A DNA stretch of 64,000 bases, taken from Macrostomum lignano. Its lineage: Eukaryota. The stretch's first letter is position 1; every line of letters begins with the position of its first letter. The notes under the pieces were generated by a model that saw only the letters and a list, made by a program, of their open reading frames with translations, searched no databases and was not told where the DNA came from. A program made the position numbers and the translations under genes. Shown here piece after piece: positions 47,623-58,405 of this stretch. Where the stretch lies: NCBI GenBank assembly GCA_002269645.1, contig NIVC01000199.1:310001-374000 (forward strand). Direction: 5' to 3'.

Positions 47623-47943
47623 ATAATAATAATAATAATTGATTACACCTGCCCTAATGGGCAGATGTGCAACCGACAGCTCAGCCGCAGCTATTGCGCG
47701 GCGCATCTGAAGGCTGCGTACGGCTGTTCAGTCCAAGGACTGGGGGTCGCCACACAGCCTCAATTACCCCAGCTAATGCTGGCACCCATTTTACAGCTGG
47801 GTGAACTGAAACAATGCAGAGTTAAGTGTCTCTTGCTCAAGGACACAAATTGTTCCAGTGGGATCGGGAATCGAACCCCCGACCTTTCAGTCGTGAGTCC
47901 GACGCTCTGACCACTAGGCTGCAACCCCCTCTAGGCTACAACA
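47623..47943 (-). mobile_element. Same SINE, copy 3 (full length, (ATT)n tail, doubled head)
   Basis: Reverse complement of copy 1, with perfect B box GGGTTCGATTCCC; head reads GTTGTAGCCTAGAGGGG-GTTGCAGCCTAGTGG. Confidence 0.9.
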
Positions 47944-48758
47944 CAGATAGCTAAGAATGATAGAATAGATCCATAAAAGCAGAGTCCAGCCGTGCCATTT
48001 TTATGAATTTTGCGCACTGGACACGTAAGGATATAAAATTAACATAAGAATCCTAATTTTCTAAACAGAAAGCTTTATGAATATCAATAGAGCTATAACA
48101 AAGGCAAGACATATCAAAATATGAGCAGTGACGTGAACACTGAGTCTACCTACTATTAAAAGCAATAGCAATTTTTGTACTGAAAAAAATGAAAACCTGG
48201 ATCCTAATTTCCGTAATGTATTTTCTCAGTTAAATCTCAGTTTCCCTAAAAAGAGATAAAAAGCTATAAAATATAGAAGCAATAAATGTATAAAAGCAAT
48301 ACGACAAAAACTTGAACTTTTTTTATTGTGTTGTATAACAGGTTTGCTCCTAGCCTTTAAATTTCTTGCTTTCTGTGCATTTTTATCGAACATTTCCAAT
48401 CTCCGCGTAGTAGTTTAATACGTAAAGTTAGTAGTGTATAAATGCAATTTAAATTTGACATAAGTGTTCTTTCTTCGTTGTCTGACTGTTTACATATTTT
48501 ACAAGAATGCTTATATTTCGCTCGTACAAAATATGTACTCTTGAAGTTTTGCTGCATGTGCTACTCTAATTAGAATTTTCAACAGTTTTTAACTAATTAG
48601 TGATTTCGGAAACACCTGTTACCGAATTGCTTTCCATTTAACTGGTGAGTAGTTACATTGATTTTATCGATGTATTTAATTTCAATTCTGCTGATGTAGC
48701 CTTAGTAAATCTAGTTAACTTGTTTTGTTTTATCAAAGGGAACCAAATTAACATTGGC

Positions 48759-49033
48759 CAGGCATCGGAAAACTCCTGCATCTCAATCCGGCCCGCTCAA
48801 GGTTGGTGTCTCTTCTAAGTTCTCTCCTCTCTCTTTTCTTTTCTCTTTTCTCTCCTCTACTCTCTCCTCTCTTCTCTCTCTTATCTTCTACATATACCTC
48901 ATCTCTTCTCTCATCTCAAATCTCTTCTTCTGTCTCTCCTCTATTTCATATCCAATTTACACTCGTATCTGGCCGGCAGCAATGATCTAGATTCTTTATC
49001 TGGCCCTTGAATTAAAAAGCTTTACGACCCCTG
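48759..49033. mobile_element. hAT-like MITE (~275 bp)
   Basis: Imperfect TIRs CAGGCATCGGAAAAC / revcomp CAGGGGTCGTAAAGC; 8-bp flanks ACATTGGC / ACATAGGC (7/8 match). Confidence 0.7.
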
Positions 49034-49988
49034 ACATAGGCACACACCATACTGTACATATGCATACGAGCTAGACTGCACCGTTAGAGAGATCGGTGTT
49101 TGGAGCATAGACATGCTCCGGGCGTAATTAGGGAGCAAGAAAGGCGTTGGTAAGCATGTTAGAACTTAAATTAAAGTATGAGGATTATGAAGCGCTAAAA
49201 ATTATGGAGTCACGTGATGCTCTCCAAGGTCTTCGTTGCCAGTGATGAAGTATAGAGACAGTGACACAGTGAGACAATTCTGGAGGTCTTGTAGATAGGG
49301 GTCAAAGAATATAGAAGCAGAAGAGCTAGAAAATGAAGAAATGGAGGATTAGGTGGGCCAGGGGAATACAGAGTGCAAACGTAACCTGTTGTTACAAACT
49401 AAAAGGTGTGTAGATCGATCTGTCATCACGGTAGGCAGATGAATCGAAACAATTATTACAGCATAGCGATGATCGACTATTTATTATGGAAGATTTCATT
49501 CAGCACCGTTTTGCGTGAACTTTTTTGCACTGAATGGCAAGTCAAGGCCACCAAATTGATAGTATCTCGAAAATACATGTATATGCCCTTTAATTTGGAG
49601 GTTGAATGCTACTTTTTGAACTTTGAACCAAAGCATGACCCATTGAAGTTTAAGTTTTCATAGATCAAATGAATCTGCACTGAAATATACTTTGCAACTT
49701 TACAAAAGCATGAAATTACTGCAGTTCAAGCATATTAGTTTTCCATACTGAATTAATAAGAAAAGATTCGTGAGACTTCGAAAATTATTAAGCTCCAATA
49801 GGCTAAGTTACTGATGTTTGCAAAGCTCTTGTCGAAATGCAATAATACTACTCAATTCATCCAGGAAATTTTCGGACTGAACAAACAGTTATGACAACTC
49901 ATATTTACTTTTGATAGGAATGCTGCTATATTAACAAAGTTTGCACGGCAAATGCAATCATAGTTGTCCAAACCTCTCTTGACGAAGC

Positions 49989-51644
49989 ATGGAGTCTAAG
50001 CTACTCAACATCTTGCACAATGACGACGTGGAGCAACTCACAGTTTTCATGAAAGATTCCGAAAGAGTTTGGCACGCCAGCGAGATACTCTTGCTGCAGT
50101 TGAGGACACAATATGGTACCCCTGAAGACCCATTGGAGTTTCGTTGTAGAAGTGACCTGTCTCTGCTCAACAGACAATCTACAGTTGTTGAGGTCGCCTT
50201 CTGTACTCTGGCTATTAACTGTCTAAATGAGCTACTCAGCTACAAAGATGAGTCAGTGAATCTGCTGTCGAGCACCTGTCCTCTGCATTGCCTCATCTAT
50301 CAGCTATCGATAGTGCCATCTGATTGGGACAAAGAATTGGCTGCTGTACGCTTCCTTGAGGAACTGAGTTCCAGGAAGCATTGCGATTTCCTTCTGCGCT
50401 GCTGTGACGCTGAATCAGACGGATACAACGCCCTGGAGTGGGCCGTGATTCACAAGCAGCTGCGCGTCGCCGGCTGGATTCTGAGCTCGCCAAGGTACAC
50501 TACTAGCGCAGTCCAGGCCGTGGGCTTGCGAGAATATTCGCTGGACTTGACAGATTACAGTTTTCCCTGGGGCGGTCGGCTGTATAAGAATCCACTCAAC
50601 GCGCTCGCCGAGATTGTTGCCGAGGATCTGAGAGTCAGTCAGGCTGCAAAGGATTTCCTAGATTCCGATTCAATCACTAGTTGGACACAGCACATGGTTC
50701 ATCGGTACAGGATGCCAATTGCCGTCAAGATAGTGGCCGTATTCCTGTTCAAGTGCATCTTCCTATTCTTTGGTACCGTCAGCATCTACCGGACGCTCTA
50801 CTTTGGCTCCAGTTTCTCAGAAGCTCTCCAGGACAAAAATGCTACCCGAGATTGCGCGATGCTTCAAATATTCAGCTTTCTCTCAAGCTCAAGCTGCATT
50901 ACGGCGAGCGTCAGAACTCTGTCGTTCATGGCCATATCGGTGGTCAGCGCTGACGCATTTATGGTGTTCTTGGCGGTATCGATGTACCTGGCTGTAGCCA
51001 GGTGCGGCAAGTCGTCTTGGAGAATGTTTCTGCGCTACACTCTGGTCGAGTCAAAATTCACCCAGTCAATAGTGGTCGTACTTATTAACATTGCAGCTGT
51101 GTACTATTACTTTTCTAATATATCTAAGCCCATGGACCCTGTGCCGGCAACATTCGGAGAGGACTTTTGGAAGAGCAGCGTGGCCAGCACTTCGGAGATC
51201 TACTTTGTTGATATATTGGTTTTCGTCAGCTGCTGGGTGACGTTGTTTACCACAATCTACGATTGGACCCTGGTTGCTGATCACATATGCCTGGTGTGGA
51301 AAACCGGCATAGTGTTTAGCGGTTTTATGGTCGTCATATTCGTAGTCATAATTCTCTGCTCGTGGATCATTGCGGCCATAATTCCATGCGAACCAAGCTT
51401 CAATCACGAGTCGCAGAGCCACTTAATTAGCATCTGGACTGCCGTCTACAAAAGCCTGGTGTTTAGCACAATTTCGCAGCATTCCTACGAACGACTGGGA
51501 ACATTCTCGATGCTAATGCACATGCTAATAAATTTGTTTTTCTTCAACTTTCTCATCGCGATCATGGCCGATCGCATGTCTACGATATGGGACAATTTGC
51601 GGCATATTGCCCTGGCTAACCGGTTAAGCGCTTACTTCGTGTAG
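49989..51644 (+). CDS. Divergent TRPV-like channel (ankyrin-like repeats plus multiple TM helices), intronless, 551 aa
   Basis: GYNALEWAV ankyrin-like segment; YSLDLTD...NALAEIV linker; hydrophobic helices; S6-like FFNFLIAIMAD (compare TRPV LNLLIAMMGD). Confidence 0.62.
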   Translation: MESKLLNILHNDDVEQLTVFMKDSERVWHASEILLLQLRTQYGTPEDPLEFRCRSDLSLLNRQSTVVEVAFCTLAINCLNELLSYKDESVNLLSSTCPLHCLIYQLSIVPSDWDKELAAVRFLEELSSRKHCDFLLRCCDAESDGYNALEWAVIHKQLRVAGWILSSPRYTTSAVQAVGLREYSLDLTDYSFPWGGRLYKNPLNALAEIVAEDLRVSQAAKDFLDSDSITSWTQHMVHRYRMPIAVKIVAVFLFKCIFLFFGTVSIYRTLYFGSSFSEALQDKNATRDCAMLQIFSFLSSSSCITASVRTLSFMAISVVSADAFMVFLAVSMYLAVARCGKSSWRMFLRYTLVESKFTQSIVVVLINIAAVYYYFSNISKPMDPVPATFGEDFWKSSVASTSEIYFVDILVFVSCWVTLFTTIYDWTLVADHICLVWKTGIVFSGFMVVIFVVIILCSWIIAAIIPCEPSFNHESQSHLISIWTAVYKSLVFSTISQHSYERLGTFSMLMHMLINLFFFNFLIAIMADRMSTIWDNLRHIALANRLSAYFV

Positions 51645-51908
51645 AGTATTCCGTTGCATTCGTAGCTAGAATTTTTGTCAACAGAACAGAGCAACGCCGT
51701 CAATGGACTTTAACTTTTGTCAAGACCTAATCAATCTAGCACACTGACTGATATATTTGCTACTGATCGATACTATTGTTTATTTACTGTCCTCGTGCAA
51801 AATTACACTATTTAATGATACATTGGTAGTATAGTAGCTATAGCTTATGAAAAATCATGATGGAAATATACAAGACTATACAAGAATGATGAAAAGCATT
51901 TCCGTGAC

Positions 51909-53297
51909 TCAATAGATTTTCTCAGACGAAGCCAAAGCCAGGAAACAGCTCTGGGTACCCAGTCCCAGCCACATGGCGGCCGAAGCAGAATACAAAGCAA
52001 TCAGGAGGCTGCGACTGATGGCGCACAGCCAGGGCTGCATCAGAGCGCAGACCGCCGCCGTGACTGAGCATCGAAGCAGTTCGCGTTTGGCCGTCAACTC
52101 GAGTCCAACCCGGTCCTCGAGCGTGCGAGCCACCCCGGTGAGGGCCCAGACGATGACGGCGCAGCCAACCAACAGAAGCATCGGCTGCGACCTGTGCGCA
52201 GTCAGGAAGCCGTAGCCAGCTAGTGCGGCTATGAAGTGAACAGTGGCGTAGGCGGTGGTCCAGGAAGGCACCCGGGGATTCAACGGCCTGACTGGATAGC
52301 GAATCTCCGGGTAAATACCGGGTCCCAGGCGAGCCGCTGTTCCCGGCTGCCAGCTGGGCCCGTAGACCAGCAGTTTGAGCCGGTCGGTCCAGGACAGATA
52401 AGGCAGCCTCACCGACTGAGCCAGCTGCTTCAGATGGTCAAGCTGCAACGATAGCGGGTCAAACTGCGACTCCGGCGTCACCAGGCCGAACACGGGCGGT
52501 TCGTTGTCTCGCTCTGCCCGAAACGTGCCAAACAGCCGGTCGAACAGGATGAACACTCCACCATAGTTGCGATCAATGCAGTAGGCGTTGCGGCCGTGGT
52601 GCACTCGGTGGTGCGACGGCGTGTTGAACACGAATTCAATCGGCTCGGGCAGTTTGGGTATAGTTTCGGTGTGAATCCAGAACTGGTAGATCATGTTCAG
52701 CTGCAGGTGAGTAGCGAACAGTTGAGGCGGCAGGATGAGCGCCAGGGGTGTATACAGGATCCAGACCAGATACCTCTGCAACACTGGCTGTCGCAGAGCA
52801 GTGGTCAGGTTGAACCTCTCCGAACTGTGATGCACTTGGTGTGACGCCCAGATCAAGTTGACCTCGTGCGTGGCCCGGTGCACCCAGTAGAAGCAGAAGT
52901 CCACGCCCATTAGAGTGGCAAACCAGGCAAGAGTGGAGTCAACCGGAATGTCCACTAGGCGACAGTTCTCCCAGATCCACAAGTAAACAGAGACCTCAAC
53001 GCTGCGAGTGAACAACAAAGGCAGCTGGGAAAATATCCCCATAGTCAGCGAGATGAGACTGTCATTGATCGGCATGGACTTATTGCGGCCTTTCAGTGTT
53101 AGAATGGCGTACTCAAGTCCGATGAGAAGCAGGAAGTAGGGCACGCTTTCGTCAATGAGGTTGGGCACAGAGTTCACAGCTTCGAATGTCGTCTCCGCTG
53201 GAGTCACTAGGTACAGGAGGCGACGAACTCCAATGACTGGATCGACGAGATGCGGATCCATCAACCAAGCGTCTCTGGTGCTGATGTTGGCGGCCAT
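51909..53297 (-). CDS. AGMO: Alkylglycerol monooxygenase (fatty-acid hydroxylase family), intronless
   Basis: His boxes YWVHRATHE, HQVHHSSE.FNLTTALRQ, PSHHRVHHGRN..CID.NYGG, FDRLFGTF; first ATG at 53297. Confidence 0.93.
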   Translation of the reverse strand: MAANISTRDAWLMDPHLVDPVIGVRRLLYLVTPAETTFEAVNSVPNLIDESVPYFLLLIGLEYAILTLKGRNKSMPINDSLISLTMGIFSQLPLLFTRSVEVSVYLWIWENCRLVDIPVDSTLAWFATLMGVDFCFYWVHRATHEVNLIWASHQVHHSSERFNLTTALRQPVLQRYLVWILYTPLALILPPQLFATHLQLNMIYQFWIHTETIPKLPEPIEFVFNTPSHHRVHHGRNAYCIDRNYGGVFILFDRLFGTFRAERDNEPPVFGLVTPESQFDPLSLQLDHLKQLAQSVRLPYLSWTDRLKLLVYGPSWQPGTAARLGPGIYPEIRYPVRPLNPRVPSWTTAYATVHFIAALAGYGFLTAHRSQPMLLLVGCAVIVWALTGVARTLEDRVGLELTAKRELLRCSVTAAVCALMQPWLCAISRSLLIALYSASAAMWLGLGTQSCFLALASSEKIY

Positions 53298-54305
53298 CGG
53301 AGACAAGGCGCATAAAATTTTCCAGCTTTGCCAGGTAGCACGTACTCAATGCCTTGAGTTGGCTAATTTTATCAACTGCGCTGAGTTCTTTATCTGCGCG
53401 GTAACTGATAAAGTCTGCGAGCTCTGTTGCAGACTTCGGTTTGTTTCTGTCTATGACTTTGGGTTCTGCCGCGCTCAATGCTTATTTATAACTTTTCTCT
53501 GCATTTTCATGCTAACAGTTCATAAACAAATGGTCTAAAATGCACTGGACAGTCACACATAAACAGTGTGACGTGCACAGGGTTCGGTTAGTTGGTGCAA
53601 CTGAACACTCCAGTCAGACAATTGGCCTAAAAGAGTTGGCGCGTTATTTCCATTTTATTTCCATTACATTTTCAAGATTTCCGAGGGGTCGCTTAGGGTC
53701 ACGCAGAGGGGTGTGTGTGTTTTAAGTTATTTTAAACTTGTAAGCGTTTGGACTTAAGCCCGCCAAATTCTAACTCATGCTCTCGTTACGATGCATTTAG
53801 AGTCGTAAAATACTTTGTGTGCTACTTTTGTAAGTAGTCTTTTTTAGTCCGCCCCGATGTCCGCCCGCGCCTCCGCCCTTTTTTGGGCGACGGCCGCCCC
53901 ATGGAGCTACGTGACCTCCGCCCCGGCGTCCGGGGCGGCGCCGCTGGGCGGAGCCTGATGAAATTTGCTCATGAGCCTACTATTAGTAGTATAATTAGTA
54001 CAAATTTCTTTTTTGCTAATTTCGCTCAGCTTTTTTCACGATTTTTTTGCTCTCTGGATTTTTTCGATTTCGGGATATTAGCGATCCTTGGCTTCGTAAT
54101 TGAGGCTATTAGAATAATTAAAAGACTTGTTCGCTTCATTTTGTTCCTGCTGGTGCAGGCAACTCCGTAATGTATATTTAAGTCATAGTTCGCGTATTGA
54201 ATTATTTGCAAGTATTTTAAGGCATTACAACATTTTATAAGTAAGCGCAACAATTCTTGAAAAAGAAATTTGAATATTAGCAAAATCAGGAGTGAAGTGC
54301 GTCGG

Positions 54306-54493
54306 CAGGGGTGGATTAAGGGGCATTGGGACAGCCGCCCCCTCTTAAAATTGCTTGATAAAACATATTGTGCCCCAAGAACCTAAGAACCCAAGCTTGA
54401 TTTTCGCTCCCAGCACACATTTTTGCGCCCCTAGCTTAAAAATTGACGCCCCACACTTGGGCCCCCTAAAATGAAATTCTAGATCCGCCACTT
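54306..54493. mobile_element. Short hAT-like MITE (~190 bp)
   Basis: Ends CAGGGGTGGATT / revcomp AAGTGGCGGATCTAG; 8-bp flanks TGCGTCGG / CGAGTCGG (6/8 match). Confidence 0.55.
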
Positions 54494-54992
54494 CGAGTCG
54501 GTTGTTAACTTTCCCCCACTTCAGCCAGCAACAGTAGGGGCCCGTGCAACGATCAGAAGTTTTTAATCAAATAGGGGAGCAAATAGCGATGCGAGGTCCT
54601 TCACCCTATTTTACCAACTTGAAACCCCGGACCTATGCATATCTATGCATGCATAATTAAGCAGCAACTCTTCTAAGCTGATTATCTTACAAAAAGCACC
54701 TTAATTAGCCTAGGCTTTGACATTTCTGATACTATTTTAACTATATTAAGCATTTAATTGTCACTGTAGTCGGAGGGACATCGGAACTCATCGTCACTCG
54801 AACCCATCAAATCATCCATTTCTCGAACAGCTCTGTTTACATTCGCACTGCGGCGCTTTGCTGCCCTCTGCTGCTGAGTAGGAGCTGGCCGCTTCTGGGC
54901 CCGCTGCGGCGTAGCAGATGTGGTGGCCTGCGAAAGCCCGCTGGCTTGTGGAGTCGAGGCTGCGCTTCTTGCGCTGATTGAATTTGAAGGCG

Positions 54993-56214
54993 TCATGGCA
55001 CCGGCACTTGGCTATCGACCACATCCTGAGACGGCCTGCCGTTCTCCGCTCTGGTGCCGTAAATTGCTGAGACGACGTCTGCAATTCCAACAAGGGATGC
55101 AAAATAGGTCGATAACTATACAAGAGTGTGGTATCCATATACTAGAAATAAATGACTATATTCGAGTAAAATAACTTTATAAATATTATTGTTTTTATGG
55201 GTTACAGATTGTAAGAAGGGTTAACTGCATTTAGCTTAATCACAGAATATCATACCTTGGATGTAGCCCAAAAACTTGGATTGAAACGCGAGCTCCCAAT
55301 CGGATGGCTCCGTGGCTGCAACAGACTGGCACACCCGTTCCGCATGCCCTGTCCATTGAAATTGACAAATGCTTGCAGTCGAGGCGTCAGGATGACATTG
55401 ACCATGTCGGTGACTGCAGTTGCCCAATCGCTGGCATAGACGTAGATGGTTAATCTGAGTGAAGTGACAGTAAGTTGGGTTACAGCTTAATTTCGATTAA
55501 TATAGAAACTAAACTACTTTTACTACTGACTCCTCAGAGGCAGTAGTAAGTAGAGGAATTTTTTAATTAAAATAGGTCAACGCTGAAACTTACCAAAGTC
55601 AAAACTCGCTCAGAAGGCAAATCAGTGAGGAAGCGAGCATACTCCTCCAGTGAACTCAGAGGTTCAAACAGCAAGCTGGCTGATTGCCCTGCCCGCTGAT
55701 CCAGACGGGCCTGAGTTCCAGCCAGTATGTTGATGACCTGCTCTCGCAGCTGAGACACATGGAGGAATACGAGGCCGTCAGCGGAATTTAAGGGCATTGG
55801 CGCAATAGACTGAAGCTGCTCCTGCAGCCTCTTGATTGGGCCCGGCCCGAACTGCTTCCGCCGCTGCCGCTTCCCCTGTGCTGCTTCCGCCTGTGCTGCT
55901 TCCGCCTGTGCTGCTTCCGCCTGTGCTGCTTCCGCCTGTGCTGCTTCCGCCTGTGCTGCTTCCGCCTGTGCTGCTTCCGCCTGTGCTGCTTCCGCCTGTG
56001 CTGCTTCCGCCTGTGCTGCTTCCGCCTGTGCTGCTTCCGCCTGTGCTGCTTCCGCCTGTGCTGCTTCCGCCTGTGCTGCTTCCACCTGTGCTGCTTCCAC
56101 CTGTGCTGCTTCCGCCTGTGCTGCTTCCGCCTGTGCTGCTTCCGCCTGTGCTGCTTCCGCCTGTGCTGCTTCCGCCTGTGCTGCTTCCGCCTGTTCTGCT
56201 ATTTTAGTGGACAC
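54993..56214 (-). CDS. Putative multi-exon gene with (EAAQA)n repeat and weak DUF4806-like segment
   Basis: ORF 55567..56214 with donor TTG|GTAAGT; candidate exon ~55256-55454 (ICQFQWTG), donor AAG|GTATGA; candidate acceptor ~55080; reading frames ambiguous. Confidence 0.4.
55877..56192 (+). repeat. 15-bp tandem repeat GCTGCTTCCGCCTGT (about 21 units; EAAQA on - strand)
   Basis: Direct. Confidence 0.95.
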
Positions 56215-56547
56215 TACTCAAAGCTGTAACAGCTGCTGCTGCAGTTTTCAGATCATTGATTTTGGATTTCTGGCCAACAGCATAAAGTCAAGCATAAATA
56301 AAGACACTACTCGTAGTTTCACCCAGTGAGGAGCCCTCAATTCTATTTCTAAGGGGCAGTGCTATTAAATAAAGCTGTCTTGAACATGAAACATGCCAAA
56401 TTTAAGTTGCCGCCTCATAGGCCGCCGGGCGATCACCGGGTGGCTTCGATTAGGATTTAAAAAATCGTACTTATTAAGGCGAAATAAATTATTACGATTA
56501 CAAAATCACAATTTCTCATTGAAAAATCAGATCATATACTTCATTGA

Positions 56548-57090
56548 TCTGGTGCTGGCGCCCCTGGTGCTGGCGCCCCTGGTGCTGGCGCCCCTGGTGC
56601 TGGCGCCCCTGGTGCTGGCGCCCCTGGTGCTGGCGCCCCTGGTGCTGGCGCCCCTGGTGCTGGCGCCCCTGGTGCTGGCGCCCCTGGTGCTGGCGCCCCT
56701 GGTGCTGGCGCCCCTGGTGCTGGCGCCCCTGGTGCTGGCGCCCCTGGTGCTGGCGCCCCTGGTGCTGGCGCCCCTGGTGCTGGCGCCCCTGGTGCTGGCG
56801 CCCCTGGTGCTGGCGCCCCTGGTGCTGGCGCCCCTGGTGCTGGCGCCCCTGGTGCTGGCGCCCCTGGTGCTGGCGCCCCTGGTGCTGGCGCCCCTGGTGC
56901 TGGCGCCCCTGGTGCTGGCGCCCCTGGTGCTGGCGCCCCTGGGCGCCCCTGGTGCTGGCGCCCCTGGTGCTGGCGCCCCTGGTGCTGGCGCCCCTGGTGC
57001 TGGCGCCCCTGGTGCTTGGCGCCCCTGGCGCCCTGGTGCTGGCGCCCCTGGTGCTTGGCGCCCCTGGTGCTGGCGCCTCTGGTGCTGGCG
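56548..57090 (+). repeat. 15-bp GC-rich tandem repeat CCCTGGTGCTGGCGC (about 35 units)
   Basis: Direct. Confidence 0.96.
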
Positions 57091-58405
57091 CTCCTTGGTG
57101 CCAAAGCCCCTTAAAAAATCCTGGCTACGCCGTGCATGAGCACACCAATAGCCAAGCTATTGTAATCGAGTTTTCATCGTATATGTAGGTTGTGTCGTCA
57201 AATAGAAGCTTATAAATTCAGTCTTGATTCACGCTTACATTTTGATTGCATGGTGCTATAGCTATACTTACTTCTAAAATGCAGTACAAAACGTCAGAGC
57301 TACGTTGCACTAATAACTAAAAATAACCATCTCAAAAATGAAGACAACCGAGCAAGCGATGAGTAAGGGCTTTACTGTATTTTTAAACCTTGGCATGAAA
57401 CTTCAGTTCAAGTTCATTACAGCAGCATGGAGAGAGAAATTGTACACTGACTTGCCCTTTCTCACCATTTCGGCTTCCACTTTGTGCGCTGCTTTTGCAG
57501 ATCTTGCATCTCCATCGCAAACAGAGTTAATGTACAGTAGTGTTAAGTGTACACTTGTACGGACTAGTTTAATGAAAACAGTGCACTGGTTGCTACGAGT
57601 ACTCGTATTTAATAAGAGTATTTTTCATTCGCCAATAACCTATAGCATCTATGCCCAGACTCACGAAAAGGGACTCTAAAAACTAAGGGTCATACTGGAC
57701 TTACTGGACTTAACTAAAGCAGATTAGTAAGTACTATACTATAACTTATTGCTTTCTATTTGGTTTTACTGCGTCCAATTTGGTGCGTTGCAAAAGAGCC
57801 CAGTAGAGTTCATACTCGTACGAGTATATTCACCAGAGACTAAGAACTCAAGTCAACAGACAAGTTGGTTTATTTCACAGACATCAAACTCCTAACCACT
57901 AGGCTCTCTGTCTACCACCAGACTGATTTTAGCTCATGGTCCTGTCTGCTTCCAGCTGTGGCCCAAAATTGCACGCAGTTAAAACACCAGAGTCTGTATA
58001 GAATCTCTGCCACGCTGCCAGGTCAGGCTGGTAAACGGTGACGCATCAATTTCAATGACGAAAAATGCAAACATGATACAAAAACGTATTATCAGTAAGC
58101 CTATAAATGAACTTATATATATATGCATTGTGCCTACATTGCTCAATACCCTTAGCATTGAAAAAATTTTGATCGAATGATGCAAGTTTGAAAAAATCGA
58201 TTGAGCCGCTTTTCCTAAAAATCAATCGCCTATATATGGATACATGGACGACTCATTTTTAGTATAGTGTATTTAGTATATGTAGATGTACTAGCTTATT
58301 GCACTTGAAAATGCTTAGAAAGTTACGTTGTCCTTGGTAAAAAAGGCTTGGATCATTCTCTTTGAAATTGCAGGTTTACATTCCTAATTGACATAACTGA
58401 TCGAG

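Noticed and set aside
53860-53960. GC-box/hairpin cluster as an AGMO promoter
   Set aside because: Several CCGCCC motifs ~560 bp upstream of the ATG, but there is no TSS evidence and it could be a repeat fragment.
56393-57188. LVLAP, WRPWC, HQGRQ and PGAPA repeat proteins
   Set aside because: A 15-bp unit open in most frames, with no unique coding flanks or splice support.
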